A stretch of DNA of 64,000 nt, from the IMG/VR virus record IMGVR_UViG_3300037042_003348, positions 3,965 to 67,964 of that record; one strand, given 5' to 3'. A program made the position numbers and the translations under genes. The stretch is from a virus. Under the pieces are notes generated by a model, which worked only from the letters and a program-made list of their open reading frames with translations, ran no database searches and had not been told where the DNA came from. Shown one piece after another: positions 1 through 12,100 of this stretch (the stretch's first letter is position 1; each line of letters starts with the position of its first letter).

Positions 1-1
1 A

Positions 2-583
2 ACGCGAAAGGGCTTTCAGAGATACGCAGAGAAGTGTGACGCAGATTACGTCGAGCTTACAACTGATGCCTATCCTGCTTGGCCTATGTTTAACAAGCTC
101 ATTCAAGTTCCTTGGGTTACTGGTCATTACTCTCGAACATTCTATTTTGATTGTGATATTGTGGTCAAATCAAACATGCCAGACTTGTTTGATGAGCTAG
201 CAATCGATCATTACATGGTGCAAGATGAATTGCCGACCATCAAGAAACTAAATTACGATGGACACTACTTTCGTCAATTTGGAGACTTGCGTTCAATTAG
301 CAAAGTTCCGAACGGGGGTGTTCTTGGTTTACCGCGACATGCAGCCGCTTATGCAATACCCAATAAGTCAACTGTAGAGGATTGGTGTATCGATCAATTT
401 GTTCTTGCGACTCAGTTGCCAGAACGTGAGACGATTTGGATGGACGACCGTTACAACTGGGGGTGGATTCGAGATGACTGGCAACAAGGGCTAGACAACG
501 CCTATGCAATCCATTTGAACGGCTGTTTAGATCGAGAATTGCGGATGAAGTGGTTGCGCGAGCTAACGGAGAAGTACCAATGA
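2..583 (+). CDS. Glycosyltransferase (GT-A, DxD), 5'-truncated by window edge
   Basis: Frame is open from base 2 (..RYAEKCDADYVEL..MFNK..); DxD motif 'YFDCDIVV', 'PNGGVLGL', 'DQ', C-terminal 'IHLNG' are typical GT-A motifs. Confidence 0.65.
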   Translation, partial: TRKGFQRYAEKCDADYVELTTDAYPAWPMFNKLIQVPWVTGHYSRTFYFDCDIVVKSNMPDLFDELAIDHYMVQDELPTIKKLNYDGHYFRQFGDLRSISKVPNGGVLGLPRHAAAYAIPNKSTVEDWCIDQFVLATQLPERETIWMDDRYNWGWIRDDWQQGLDNAYAIHLNGCLDRELRMKWLRELTEKYQ

Positions 584-978
584 TATTCTTTCTGTTAGCC
601 TCTATCGCACAATCGTTTGCCCGAGCAGAGCACGTTGACATGCTCGAGCTGAATCACCATTACGACATGCGAGGATGCCATATCTTCGATCAGATGATCG
701 TCTGGCGACAAAACCCCGCCACATTGCGATTTGAGGTGGGCTATTGGACCCTGTGCGACATTCAGGACAAATATCCAGTTAGAGGCTACAATGGCCTGTA
801 TCGAGCGGTATGGAGCGATTCCGGCAAGCGGATAGGTGTCTTTTCAAGGCAGTTCCGAGAGAGCTGGACACAAGTTGACCCTGAAAGAGCTGACCAACGA
901 AAACTGCACGTTGACGATCGAATTAGACTTTCCTCTGAGTCGGATCAGAAAGCACTACAAGAAAGATCCAAGGAGTAG
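580..978 (+). CDS. Hypothetical protein with signal-peptide-like N-terminus
   Basis: ATG overlaps upstream stop (ATGA); GGAG upstream; MIFFLLASIAQSFARA N-terminus. Confidence 0.6.
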   Translation: MIFFLLASIAQSFARAEHVDMLELNHHYDMRGCHIFDQMIVWRQNPATLRFEVGYWTLCDIQDKYPVRGYNGLYRAVWSDSGKRIGVFSRQFRESWTQVDPERADQRKLHVDDRIRLSSESDQKALQERSKE

Positions 979-984
979 GCCCAC

Positions 985-3114
985 ATGCCAATCAGATTAA
1001 AATACGACGTTGTTGGGGTTCCTCTTAGTGAGGCTGGTGTTAGCCCTGCAAAGCGTAAGTTCGGCCAGGAGCTCATAGCTCAGCAGCGGAAGTATGACTT
1101 CGACACCAAGCAGTTACAGCAAAAGCAGTACAACGACAACCTGAACGCCAATCGAGATTTTGCTCGCGATCTGCAGATGGACCAGAACAAGAGGCAATTC
1201 GAAGGAGACGCCGAGAAGGCACGGCGAGCAACCGCTCTGGCGGATCGAGATGAACAACGAGGTTACAACAAGTCAGAGAAACTTGAAGATCGCGATTGGC
1301 GGGCGGCTGAGCAGGAGAAGATTGCACAGCGACAGGCAGAGAAGGAGGCTAAGATGGCCGAAAGAGCTGACATTCGGGATGGTATTGAGAATGGTGAATT
1401 TGGCGATGCAAATAGCCCAACTGTTCGAAGGCTAAAAGAACTTGAGCTTGCAGAAATGAATGCGAGGGCTGGCAAGACAAAAGACGGCAGGATTGATCCG
1501 GCTCAACAAGCCGAAGCTCTCCAAAAGATTGAAGCAGAACGGGCTGGCTTAGTTCAGAACAGGCTACCACGCAAAGCTCCTCCATCAGCCGATGCTCAGA
1601 TTAAATCAAGAACCAGCAGTGACGGAAGGCAGCGCGTACAACCAGGAGGAAAGATCGAGGATGTTCCACCGCCACCACAGCAAGGTCCAATACCTTCTTG
1701 GGAAGGGTTCAGAAAAGATCCGAAGGAGCAGGCAAGATACCAAGAGCAAGCAAGAAATGAGCTGACAGAAAATGGCAAAAACCCTGCGGGGTCTAGCGAC
1801 CCAAGAGCCGTCAACAGGAGAGCAGCCGAGCTTTGGGATATTGATGAAGAGGCACGCCAAGCTCCTCCTCAAGCAGTAACGCCAGAACCCAGCCCTCCTG
1901 GACCTCGAGGGTATTTTAATCCAGCAAACGTTGTAAAACCGCCCATGACTGGCGCTCCAAGCAGAGCCAGCCTTCTTGCAGTACAAAGTGATGCCAGTGC
2001 TAACGCTGACGCAGCTTGGATGTATGGGAATAATCCAGCTCCAGCCCCATCAGCCTCGGAAGCCGATGCCGCTGCCGCAGCAATGTACGGAAACCCAGAA
2101 TCTAGCGCCAATGCCGCTGCCGCAGCAATGTACGGTGCTCCTCCTGTAGCAACTTCTCCTGCTGCCTCCGCCCAATCAACTCCAGCCCAGGAAGAGCTGA
2201 TGGATGCAGATAGTGTTAAATGGAGTCAACAACCTATAGGGACACGGCTTCGGAGAAAAGACGGCACGATAGTTGTTAAAAACAGAAGGAATGGATGGAA
2301 CATAGAGCAACCTGTCGCTGCTGGGCAGGCTGCACCTCCAGTAGCGAGCCAGCCTGAAGATCCAGCTGCCGCTAATGCTGCAGCTGCTTCCATGTACGGT
2401 TCGGCTCCTGCTGCTGCAGCAACAGGACAGCCTGCTGCTGCTCAACCAGCAGTACCACAAACGCCAGTAACATCCACCAACTCCTATTATCAAAACCAAC
2501 CAGCACCTCAAGTCCAAGAGAAGCCACAAGTTCCAGTAACGGCTACTAATTCCTACTACCAAAACCAACCTGCTGCGACACCATCGCCGCAAGCCGCGTC
2601 CGCTAATTCGAACTACCAAAACCAACTAGCAGCTGCAGCCGCAGCAGCCAGTTGGCAAGGAGCAAAAAATCAGCCTACTGCCAACACAGAGGCGGAGTCG
2701 TTTCTTAACAGGTCACCTGTAACTAACAGAAATGATCCTAAGCAAGTTGCTGCAACACAACAAGCAAGATTATTCCTTGCTAATCAAAGCAAGCAATCTA
2801 AGGCATCTGCTCTCGAGACGAAAAACTTTTGGGACGCTAAGGTTGCAGGAGCTGGGAATAAAGTTGAAAAAAATGAATACACTGCTATCAAAAACTTTGT
2901 AACTAAAAACCAATCGCCAGCTGTGCAGAATGCCATTATGAAAGGCTATGACCCTGCTGCGTCATTGGAGGAAAAGCAAGAAGCAATGAGGTTCCTTCTT
3001 GATAACGGTATAGATCTGGAAGAAATTACTAAAAAGCAACGTGTAGCTTCTTCTGCGCGTGGCTCAGCTCGTTCAGCGTTCGATCGCGACTTTCCTCGTG
3101 GCCCTAAGTATTAA
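985..3114 (+). CDS. Putative internal virion/ejection protein, Ala/Pro/Gln-rich with internal repeats
   Basis: AAGGAG RBS; coiled-coil N-terminus; low complexity; lies directly upstream of the giant virion gene. Confidence 0.55.
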   Translation: MPIRLKYDVVGVPLSEAGVSPAKRKFGQELIAQQRKYDFDTKQLQQKQYNDNLNANRDFARDLQMDQNKRQFEGDAEKARRATALADRDEQRGYNKSEKLEDRDWRAAEQEKIAQRQAEKEAKMAERADIRDGIENGEFGDANSPTVRRLKELELAEMNARAGKTKDGRIDPAQQAEALQKIEAERAGLVQNRLPRKAPPSADAQIKSRTSSDGRQRVQPGGKIEDVPPPPQQGPIPSWEGFRKDPKEQARYQEQARNELTENGKNPAGSSDPRAVNRRAAELWDIDEEARQAPPQAVTPEPSPPGPRGYFNPANVVKPPMTGAPSRASLLAVQSDASANADAAWMYGNNPAPAPSASEADAAAAAMYGNPESSANAAAAAMYGAPPVATSPAASAQSTPAQEELMDADSVKWSQQPIGTRLRRKDGTIVVKNRRNGWNIEQPVAAGQAAPPVASQPEDPAAANAAAASMYGSAPAAAATGQPAAAQPAVPQTPVTSTNSYYQNQPAPQVQEKPQVPVTATNSYYQNQPAATPSPQAASANSNYQNQLAAAAAAASWQGAKNQPTANTEAESFLNRSPVTNRNDPKQVAATQQARLFLANQSKQSKASALETKNFWDAKVAGAGNKVEKNEYTAIKNFVTKNQSPAVQNAIMKGYDPAASLEEKQEAMRFLLDNGIDLEEITKKQRVASSARGSARSAFDRDFPRGPKY

Positions 3115-3123
3115 GGTATTGCA

Positions 3124-6100
3124 ATGAGTGACTTTCTTGAAATGTTCAAAGCAGAGAAGGCCAAGAGAACTGCTGAAAAGGCGAAGGAGAACTCCGCAAA
3201 TCGCAGTGAGCTCGAGAGAGGCTGGGATCGTGGTGTTGCTGGCATGAAGTCCAGTTTTGCTGGCGCTGGGGCTATAGGTTCGACTCTGCTCGGAGACGAG
3301 GAAGGAGCACAGCAGTATATTGACTCGTACCAAGAATACGAACGACAAGCTTCAGAAAACCCAGCCACTGTGGATAAGTTTTTTTCAACTGATCCAAAAA
3401 GTGGTGCTTTTGGAAGCGTTAGTAATTTTGCAGGATACACAGGAGGCTTAATAGGTTCTACGGGACCGTCGTTAATAGAGTCGGCGGGGGCGTCGATTGG
3501 CGGAGCGATGATAGGAGGAGCACTTGTTCCTGCGCCAGATCCAGCAGACGTTGCCACAGTACCGATTGGTGCAGCTGCAGGCTTCTTTGGCAAGAAGTAT
3601 GTCAAGAAGCTTATCGCTGACAAAGTAGAGCAATACGTTAAGGACGGTATTGCTAAAGATGCTGCCGAAAGAATGGCAAATCAAGCTGTCAAAAAAAATC
3701 TTGCTGCGAAAGCTGGAGCTGGACTTGCAAGCTCGCAGGCCACAGCTGTGCCAGCAAGTGGACAAATGTACGGGAAGGGAAGGAAAGATGGATATGACAA
3801 TCCTTATAGTGCTTTAGCTCTTGGTCAGTTGTCCGGTCTTTCGGAAGCTGTGCTTGGTTCTGTTCCTGGAGCTGTTATGAGCTTTATCGGTAAATCTGCC
3901 GCTAAAGACGTTGCAAAGGAATTTGGGTTAAAGGAAGCTGCTGGTTACGTTTACGATTTAGTGACGGCTGCTCCTAAGGCGGGTGCAAAAGAAGGTATTC
4001 AAGAAGCCTTTCAAGCTTCTCTTGAAAGTGTCAACGAAACTATCAATGATCCCAAGAAGAAGTTGTTCACTCGCGAGAACTTCATGAACTGGGCGGAAGC
4101 TTTTGCTGGCGGTGCTTTTATTGGTGGTTTGATTGGTAGTGGATCAACAACATACAAAGCCGCGAGCGATACTAAGTCTGCAATACAGGCTAGGCGAGCT
4201 CAGTTAGAAAAAGCTCGCACTAAGGGATGGGTTTCAAAACCTGAGGCTGCTGAACTGGGTATTGCTGGCGAGAACCGCCCAGACCGTAAGGCTGATCTTG
4301 AAAGACAACTGGAAGAAGTAAAGGCAGCTGAAGCGCAAGCAATTGCAGCCGAGGAGGAAGCGAAGGCTGCAGAAGAACAAGGAGAGACTCCTCCTGGCTT
4401 ATTGGTTGGTCGAGGACGATCAGGTGGCGGTGTTAGCCAATCACCACCTTCTTTGCCGCCACAAGCTACACCTCCTGCTGTAGTGGCCCCCACGACAGAC
4501 CAACAAGTACCTCCAACCACCCCACCCGCGACTCTTCCTTCGCAACCGCAGCAACTCCAGCAGCAACCACAAGTACAACCTGACGATATTTTATCAAGAG
4601 ACCCGACAGATGGAGATATGACGCCTGAGGAGTACGAAGCTTGGAAGCGTGCAAAGGCAGCTAGGGATGCGGCCTCTCAGTCACAATCACCGCAACAGCA
4701 GCCTCCTGTACCACCAGCGGTTACACCAACTGCACCACCAACTGCACCACCAGTACCTCCATCAGGCATGACACCTGAAGAACAAGAGGCGTTTGAGAGG
4801 GCAAGTGTAGATGAAGAACAGTCTGCTGCTCAGTCGCAAACGCCACCACCACCGACTGCTGAAACGCCCCCATCTGCGCCACGCAAGGAGCGTTCTGTAC
4901 GAAAGGACCGGCTAGTCGCTTCGCCTGAATCGGAGCCCGCTCCTTCAGCAACGTCGCAAAGAAGCCAGCCGGAATCCGAGCAGGCTGCTGTTGCTGAAAC
5001 ACCAGAAGCTGAGCAAGTATCTGATACTACGCCTCCGTCGTCGTCTAGCCGAGCGGCTGCACCACAAGATCCTTCGCGACCTACAACCCAAAGCGAAGAG
5101 TCGACTGAGACACCCGCAACTTCCTATGAGCCATCAGAAGCCGAGATAACAGATGAGCTTACGAAAAGATTCGCTGGGAAGGTGGAACGCCCAGGAGTTC
5201 CTTTGCATGGCGTGCAAAGGGGTGTCGCTCGCCGAAGCGTGATAGGCAAGAAGTACGTGAGTGAAGGATTAGCTGACCTGGAAAAGGAAATGACGGGCGC
5301 TGGTTTCAATGAGGGTAGCACGGTCGCAATGATTCAAGGGTTGGCCGACCCTTGGACAATGAATCCAGAAGGCAATGTGGACGAAAAGACAGGAAAGGCC
5401 ATCCCAGGAGGCTTGCAAGACGAATCAGGCCGTTCTTTAGAAACAGGTGTGAAGCTCGGCGAGAAGCTGTGGAATCAGCATTTCTCAGAGATGGAAGCAC
5501 TTGGGATAGGGACAAAGATTGACGCCAACACCAAGCAATCTGTTCTGAACAAAGCTTGGGCATCAAAGGGTAAGCAAGGGTTGGTTCGTATCGGAAAGAT
5601 GCAGGGCGGAAAGTTTGTTGAGGATAAAGAGAGGACTGCAAAAGCCAGGAAGGTAATCGAGGACGCATTCCGATTTAGCCACGGAAAACCACTCGAGACA
5701 TCGAAGCAAGCACCAAGCAAGCCCACAACACCATCGAAGCCATCCAGACCTGCTGTTACGCCTGTGGCATCATCTGTAGTAGCTCCAGTGACAAGCACAC
5801 CTGTAGCATTGCCAGCTGATCCTGTGGGAAAAACTACTACTTCTTCCCCACAAGCATCGCCACCACCGCTTCCAAAGACTGCCACGCCACCACCTCTGCC
5901 ATCCAACCAGGGAACCCGATCGCCGATCGATCCTGCGTCTATTCCGGCACCTGTCTCTCGCGTGCAGCTTGATGCAGTCCCTGAGAACGAGATCTATTCT
6001 CGAAAGGGCAGTGACGACAAAGTTCGTTACCTTGTCAAGGATAGCGAAGGCATGGACTCGATATACGACACTATCGAGGAAGCACAGGAAGAGTCAGAGC

Positions 6101-9100
6101 GAAAGAAGAGCACTAAGGCCGAAAGCAAGGCCAAGCAAGAACCAAAGTCTTCTGGCGCGGTGTCAGAAGAGTCTCAACGTGACGAGGAGGCGAAAGATGC
6201 TCCAAAGACCAAGAAGGGAGGTGATTCTAATGAAGTCCAAGCCAAAGAGCGGCAGCAAGGGCAAACCAATGCCGATGCCGATGCCAAAGCCGAAGCCGAA
6301 GGGCAAGTAGGTGATAAGGGAGCCCAGGCGGCGGATAAAACTCCGTCGCCTGGATCTTCTTCTGTTGACAGTACCAAAACCCCAAGTACAAGCGAACCAA
6401 AAGCTCCACCGAAGCGATTGTCTGAGTGGGAACAGGGTGTGATGGAACTGCTTAATACCATCACCGCGTTCAAGGGTGCGTCGTTTGAATTGAGCGAGGC
6501 CGATCAGACGGTCAAGGTCACTCGACCAGACGGGCTTTCAACAAAAATCCATTTTGGTGCTGACGAGTTGCTAGATAGAATTGCTAAGCGAAGAGGCGAA
6601 CCGCAATGGAATGGTGCGTACATCTTCAAGAGCGGACGGCCTGAAGACGGGAACATTTACCTTCGATCAGATACAGACCACACCTACGTTCTTAACCACG
6701 AGGTTGTGCATTGGCTCGAAGACGCTGGTATCATCACGCCAGCAGAAGTTAAGAAGTATGGTGGTCGAGAAGGACTCGCTGAAGCTTATGGTGAATGGGC
6801 AGCAACTAGAGCAAGACCTGAGAACACGCTGTTTGAGAAGATCTATGACTTCTTTGAGCAGATCTTTGACCTTGACGCAAGGTTTTTCAAGAAGCTGAAC
6901 GAAAGGGTCGACTCGACCAAGGGCGAAGCTAAAGCACCGACGCAAAAAACAACGTCTACCAAGGTAGACAAAAAGACTCCCGCTCCTGATGTTGACGCTA
7001 AGAGCGAAACCAAGGCGGAAACTGCCAAGCAGACTGCTGCTAAGGATCTTTTTGATGGCTACGACTTACCTCGGCTGCAAGAGCTTGTTAGCCGTCTAGG
7101 CGAGGCAGGCGTCGATATAAAAGCAACCGACCGAGATGGCATCATAAAAGAGCTTGTCGGGATGCCTAAGGTTATGGCTCTCCTGGAACAGCGATTGCCC
7201 AAGCCAAAGCCTAAAGCAAAGTCCAAGCCACCTAAGTCGCCAACACAGCGACCAAAGCCCGCACCGGCAGGGTACGTTCCGCAACAAATTGGTGATGCGA
7301 CTGTGGTGGAACCAGAAACCAAAGTTGAAAAGCAACAGGAAAAGATCCTGAATGACATGGGTGTCACCCTTAGGGTTTTTGTTGGCGGCAGTAGAAATAT
7401 CCCTGGTTATTACGATGGCACGAATAATACGATTTGGCTTAATCGTGCCTACATAGCTTTTATGGATGAAAAATGGAAAAGAGAGGGAAAGCCAGATAAT
7501 TCAATGGCATGGGGGCTCTTCATGCACGAGGGGCTCCACGCGATCCGTGACAAATACCCAAAGACCTGGAAGAAGCTTTACGAATGGGTTAATGCTCGCG
7601 ACGAGGCTGGTTTGATAGAGGCTGGAGAAAATTACGTCTCGGACTTTACGAGTGTTCGTGATGAAGGCGGACCAGAAGCAGCTTTCGCTGATCAGTACCT
7701 AGAAAGGCTAAAAATCGACGAAGCTTTAATGCAGGACGAGCAGCTATCAAGATACATAGAGGATAGGGCCGGTACATTTGAATTTTGGAACGAACTCGGT
7801 AAGAGCGAGCCAGGGATCTTAGCAAAGATCGGTCAGTGGTTTCGCAAAGCATTGCGGTTTGCTGAGCCCAGCACGACTGATCCAGACACGCTAGCTGGTC
7901 AAGTGCGACTTGCTATCGAGTCTGCGATGAAGGAGAACGGAATTGAAACTTCAGGCAGTCGTGCATCGCCAGCAAGGACAGACTCATCATCCGTAAAAAA
8001 GAAAAAGAGCAGTTCTGGAGTTGAAAATGAGCGTAAGGCTCGCACATTAGACGAAGTGCGATCTCGCGTGGCAAAAGACTACGATCTAACAGTATCCTCT
8101 GAGCCAATACAGATGATCGATGGGCGGTCGTTCTCTTCGCTTGATCCTGACGTAGTAGGCACTGGCTTGCTTGTTCAAGATGCAGATGCTGCCATGCAAC
8201 GCATGATGACTGAGTCGTTGCAGGAAGCTGGGGTTCCTGAAGAAATCGCATCAACTGTAAAAGCGCCTTCTAGTGCAGAAGTGGATTACGCATTTCGTCT
8301 AACGGATGGTTCTCGCTACTGGTATGAGTTGTCTGCTACAGGTTTTGTAAAAGACTTTTTTGGCTTAAGCCGCAAGCTGACAGAACGCTTAATTGACATT
8401 GTTGCCGGAACCTCTGGAGGGCAGAAGCCAACAGACAACTTAAGAGTTGCTGTGGCATCTATGGCTCAAGACATGCAAGGCAGGCCAGTATCCGTTGGAA
8501 CTAGAGATGAATCGTCGCTAACTGCTGCTCTTTCTCCTGCTATGCTAGAGACCCACAAGTTTGGGAACTTTTCTGATACTATGCAGGTGCTCGGCGGATT
8601 GCGTCCTGGCGTCAAGCCATTGCCAACAATCGACTTGCAAATGGCTAAGGTGTTTGGTGTTCAGCATGCTGCAATCGCCAGTGATCCTCGCATGTATGAG
8701 GCAATGTCACGCTTCTTGATCAAACTACGAGACGCACAGAACGCCATGCTTAAAAATGGTGAGCAGCCGTATGAGTCTTGGCAGATTCAGGCTCTGCTTT
8801 GGGTTGCCCAGCGTGACACCAGCGATCCTGACTCCTTTAATATCGGGATGCCTAAAATAGTTGCTCAGCTAAAAAAAGCTGGAATCCCAACACCAGGAGG
8901 AAAAATCACTGAAGAGACATTGATGGATCCACGCACGTCTGATGTGCTTGCTCCAACGTCAAAAATTATTCCCGAGTCGTATACTGCTACGATAGGGACG
9001 TGGAACAACCTGACAAAAGTTGGCAAGGAGTCTGCTGAAGTTCTTGAGGAACTAAAGGCAATTGACGCTCCGTGGGCCAGAAAAATGGTTGATGAGTTTG

Positions 9101-12100
9101 AGAAGATTCAGCGGCGTACCATGCGTGCTTTTGGTAATCGTCGTCCGCCAAAGCCAGGGAATAAAACACGCCAGAAAAGCGTGGCTTCTTGGTTATTATC
9201 CGTAATCATGAACAAGTCTCCAAACTCGCACGAGCTGTCGCGGGTTGACACAGACGCATGGGGCACGTTTGAGGGTGCTGCCAGTCCTAACATCAGGTTC
9301 CCGCTCAATCTGGGTGCTGTTGGCGACACCGAGGAGGGTGGTGGAACCAAGCGATACGTGCCAACAAAAGATCATCGAGAGCAGTTCTTGTCTGTCTTGG
9401 GAAAATACCTCAAGCAGGAATCGCAAGCTGCGAGTCAGTTTATTCCGGCCGATCTCGGATCGCATGATACGTTCTCTATTCTTGTCCGGCGGTATGACAA
9501 GGTTGGTATCACCGAGTCCGAATTGGAGGAGATTAGTGACGGCCTTGGTCGCCCTATCAGCTATAAGCAAGTACCCAACGGATGGCAGCTGGACATCAAC
9601 ATAAGAGGATTTGATAAGACGGAGGGGCAAAAGGCGGAGAGTAGTGATGTGCAACGCATCCACGATGTAATGCAAAAATTCGCTTTGAAAGGGGCAGTTA
9701 GATACGATGTCCTTCCAAGATTGTACGAATCTAGCTACATTAAAAAGTCTGATTACAACAAACACATAAGGAACCTAGAGAATGAAATTCGGAAAAATTC
9801 TGACACCGGAGGAAGCGGAGAGGCTTTGGGGTATACCGAGGACGGGGGAGCTAGTGATTATGCCGCAGTTGTCGAGCAAATCAAAGGCATCGCAACAAAG
9901 CAAGAATCAGCCTTCAGGAAGTGGACAAAAGATGCAAGAGAGCGCGTCGCAAAGCGAAAAGTCCAATTTGGCGATCAACAAGGACCAGACTCAGGACAAA
10001 GATATTCCCCAGGACGACGATCCGAACCGGCCGGAGACGGAAGAGGACGCGATCAGAGCAGAAAGTATTCGCCGCTTGAAGGCGCACCATCAAGCCAAGG
10101 GGCGACAGGGCCAGACCCGAGGTTAGTTGATGTTGCTGAGAAGTACGCACGCGAAAACGGCATCGATCTCAAGCGACAAGCCGAATACGTTAAGGTAGAC
10201 GAGGATAGGGCTAAGCGGATCTCTAAAGCGTATGAGGATATGCCTCACGACCCGCAAGATCCAAAAGTTAAAGAAGCGTACCAAGAATTAGCCAAGCAAA
10301 CCAAAGCTCAATATGATGCTTTGGTGGCGGACGGATACACGTTCACGTTTTACGACAACGAATCTGATCCCTACGCTGGCAATCCAATGAATGCCATGCG
10401 TGACTTGCGACAAAACAAGTCAATGGCGGTTTATGGTACGTCTGCTGGCTTTGGTACTAAGGGCGTCACTAGTGGTTATGTTGACGACAACCCATTACTT
10501 GTAGACACAGGCGTGCGATGGAAAGACCAGAATGAAGTAGAACGCCCAGTTAATGCCGTTGAGCTCTTTCGTGCGGTTCATGATACGTTTGGGCATGGTT
10601 TAGAGGGATCTGGCTTCCGAGCTCGAGGCGAAGAAAATGCTTGGCAAGCTCACGTCCGGCTATTTACCGGCTCCGCTATAGGTGCTATGACCACTGGGAC
10701 TCGCGGACAAAACTCTTGGCTCAACTTTGGACCATACGGAGAAAAAAACAAGACTGCAAAGGTTGAAGATACAATCTTTGCGGATCAAAAGACTGGCTTG
10801 ATGCCCGAGTGGACCTGGACGGAAGGGCGTGCTGCAGATTATGATTCTAGTCGAGCATCTGTTGGAAGAAGAGACATTCCACAGCCACCTTCAATAATTG
10901 CAAAAGTTCTTTCTGAAAAATCCGATGCGGATGTGCTGAAGGAGTACACGCAAAAATGGAAGGGTGCACCAAACCGTGGTCCGTTTTTGCGTGTGATTCG
11001 TGGTCAAGTTCCAACGCAACAAGACAGCATTGCGGTGTGGGAGGATGATCGGGCCGCAAGGTTGTTGCTTGACGAGATCGACGGATCGCCAGAGATAAAC
11101 CGAGTACTTTACAGAGGTACAACAGCCACTGAGCTTGATCGATTTGTTGCTGACTCTGAGGTGCGTGAACTTCCAAGGGGGTTCTCTACCGATAAGAAAA
11201 TTGCAAGGAAGTTCAGCGACGGTGGTGTAATTGTTGTCGAACAGGGAGCTCGTGGAGTATCTGTTGGAGGGAAGTATGAAAGCGAAGTAATATCGCGGGG
11301 GCCGTTTGAGATCATTTCAGATAAAACGGAATCTGGGTCTCGTGTTTTGAGAGTCCGGCAACTAAACTATTCAGACACCACAAACAAGGAGATTGATGAT
11401 GGTACAACCAGACAAGAAACAGGAAGATCGCAAGACGACGGTAGCCGAGCAGCAGCCGGACGAAGCGGAAAAGAAGCAACCGCCGCCATCAGGAGTCGTA
11501 TTGGACCTAATGGAAGAGCTTGGAGTCGATCGCAAAACAGCCGAACGGTGGGCGGATATGGCGTAGTCGCCAGCTACAAGTCCGATTCTCCTGAGTGGAA
11601 CGAGGTTGGGGTTGCTACTCCTAATTTTGTAGAGCTGCAGAAGTCAGGGAAATCTGCAGCTCAGTTTGCCTCGGCCATCAATGCAGCGCGTGAAAGCCAA
11701 GGAAAACTTGGCGCGTCTGTCTACGTCTACCCTGAAGAAGACTATCGCGACATGCGACTGTTCCTAACCGAAGACGGTAAAGCTGGTTTTGCTTTGAAGG
11801 ACAGCGGCGAGGTTGGCGTATCTGACATTGTCTCGGTGTTTAACACAGCCAATAACGCACATCGTGGTGTCAGTTATTCGATGATACGTCTTGCTGTAGA
11901 AGAGGGCGGAAACACGCTTGACGCATTTGATACGTTTCTGCCTGTTCTTTATAGCGTAAATGGCTTTAAGGTAATTTCTCGTACTAAGTGGAACGGCGAG
12001 TTTGCTCCAGATGGCTGGAGCAAGGAAGAGTATTTAGATTTTAATAACGGTGAGCCGGATGTGGTCTTTATGGCTTACGATCCAAAGCGAACCGACATCT

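Noticed and set aside
8027-8050. GGAG-N6-ATG mini-ORF (MSVRLAH) near the first linker; also 12731-12820
   Set aside because: Too short or lacking an SD to support; possible remnants of nested ORFs only
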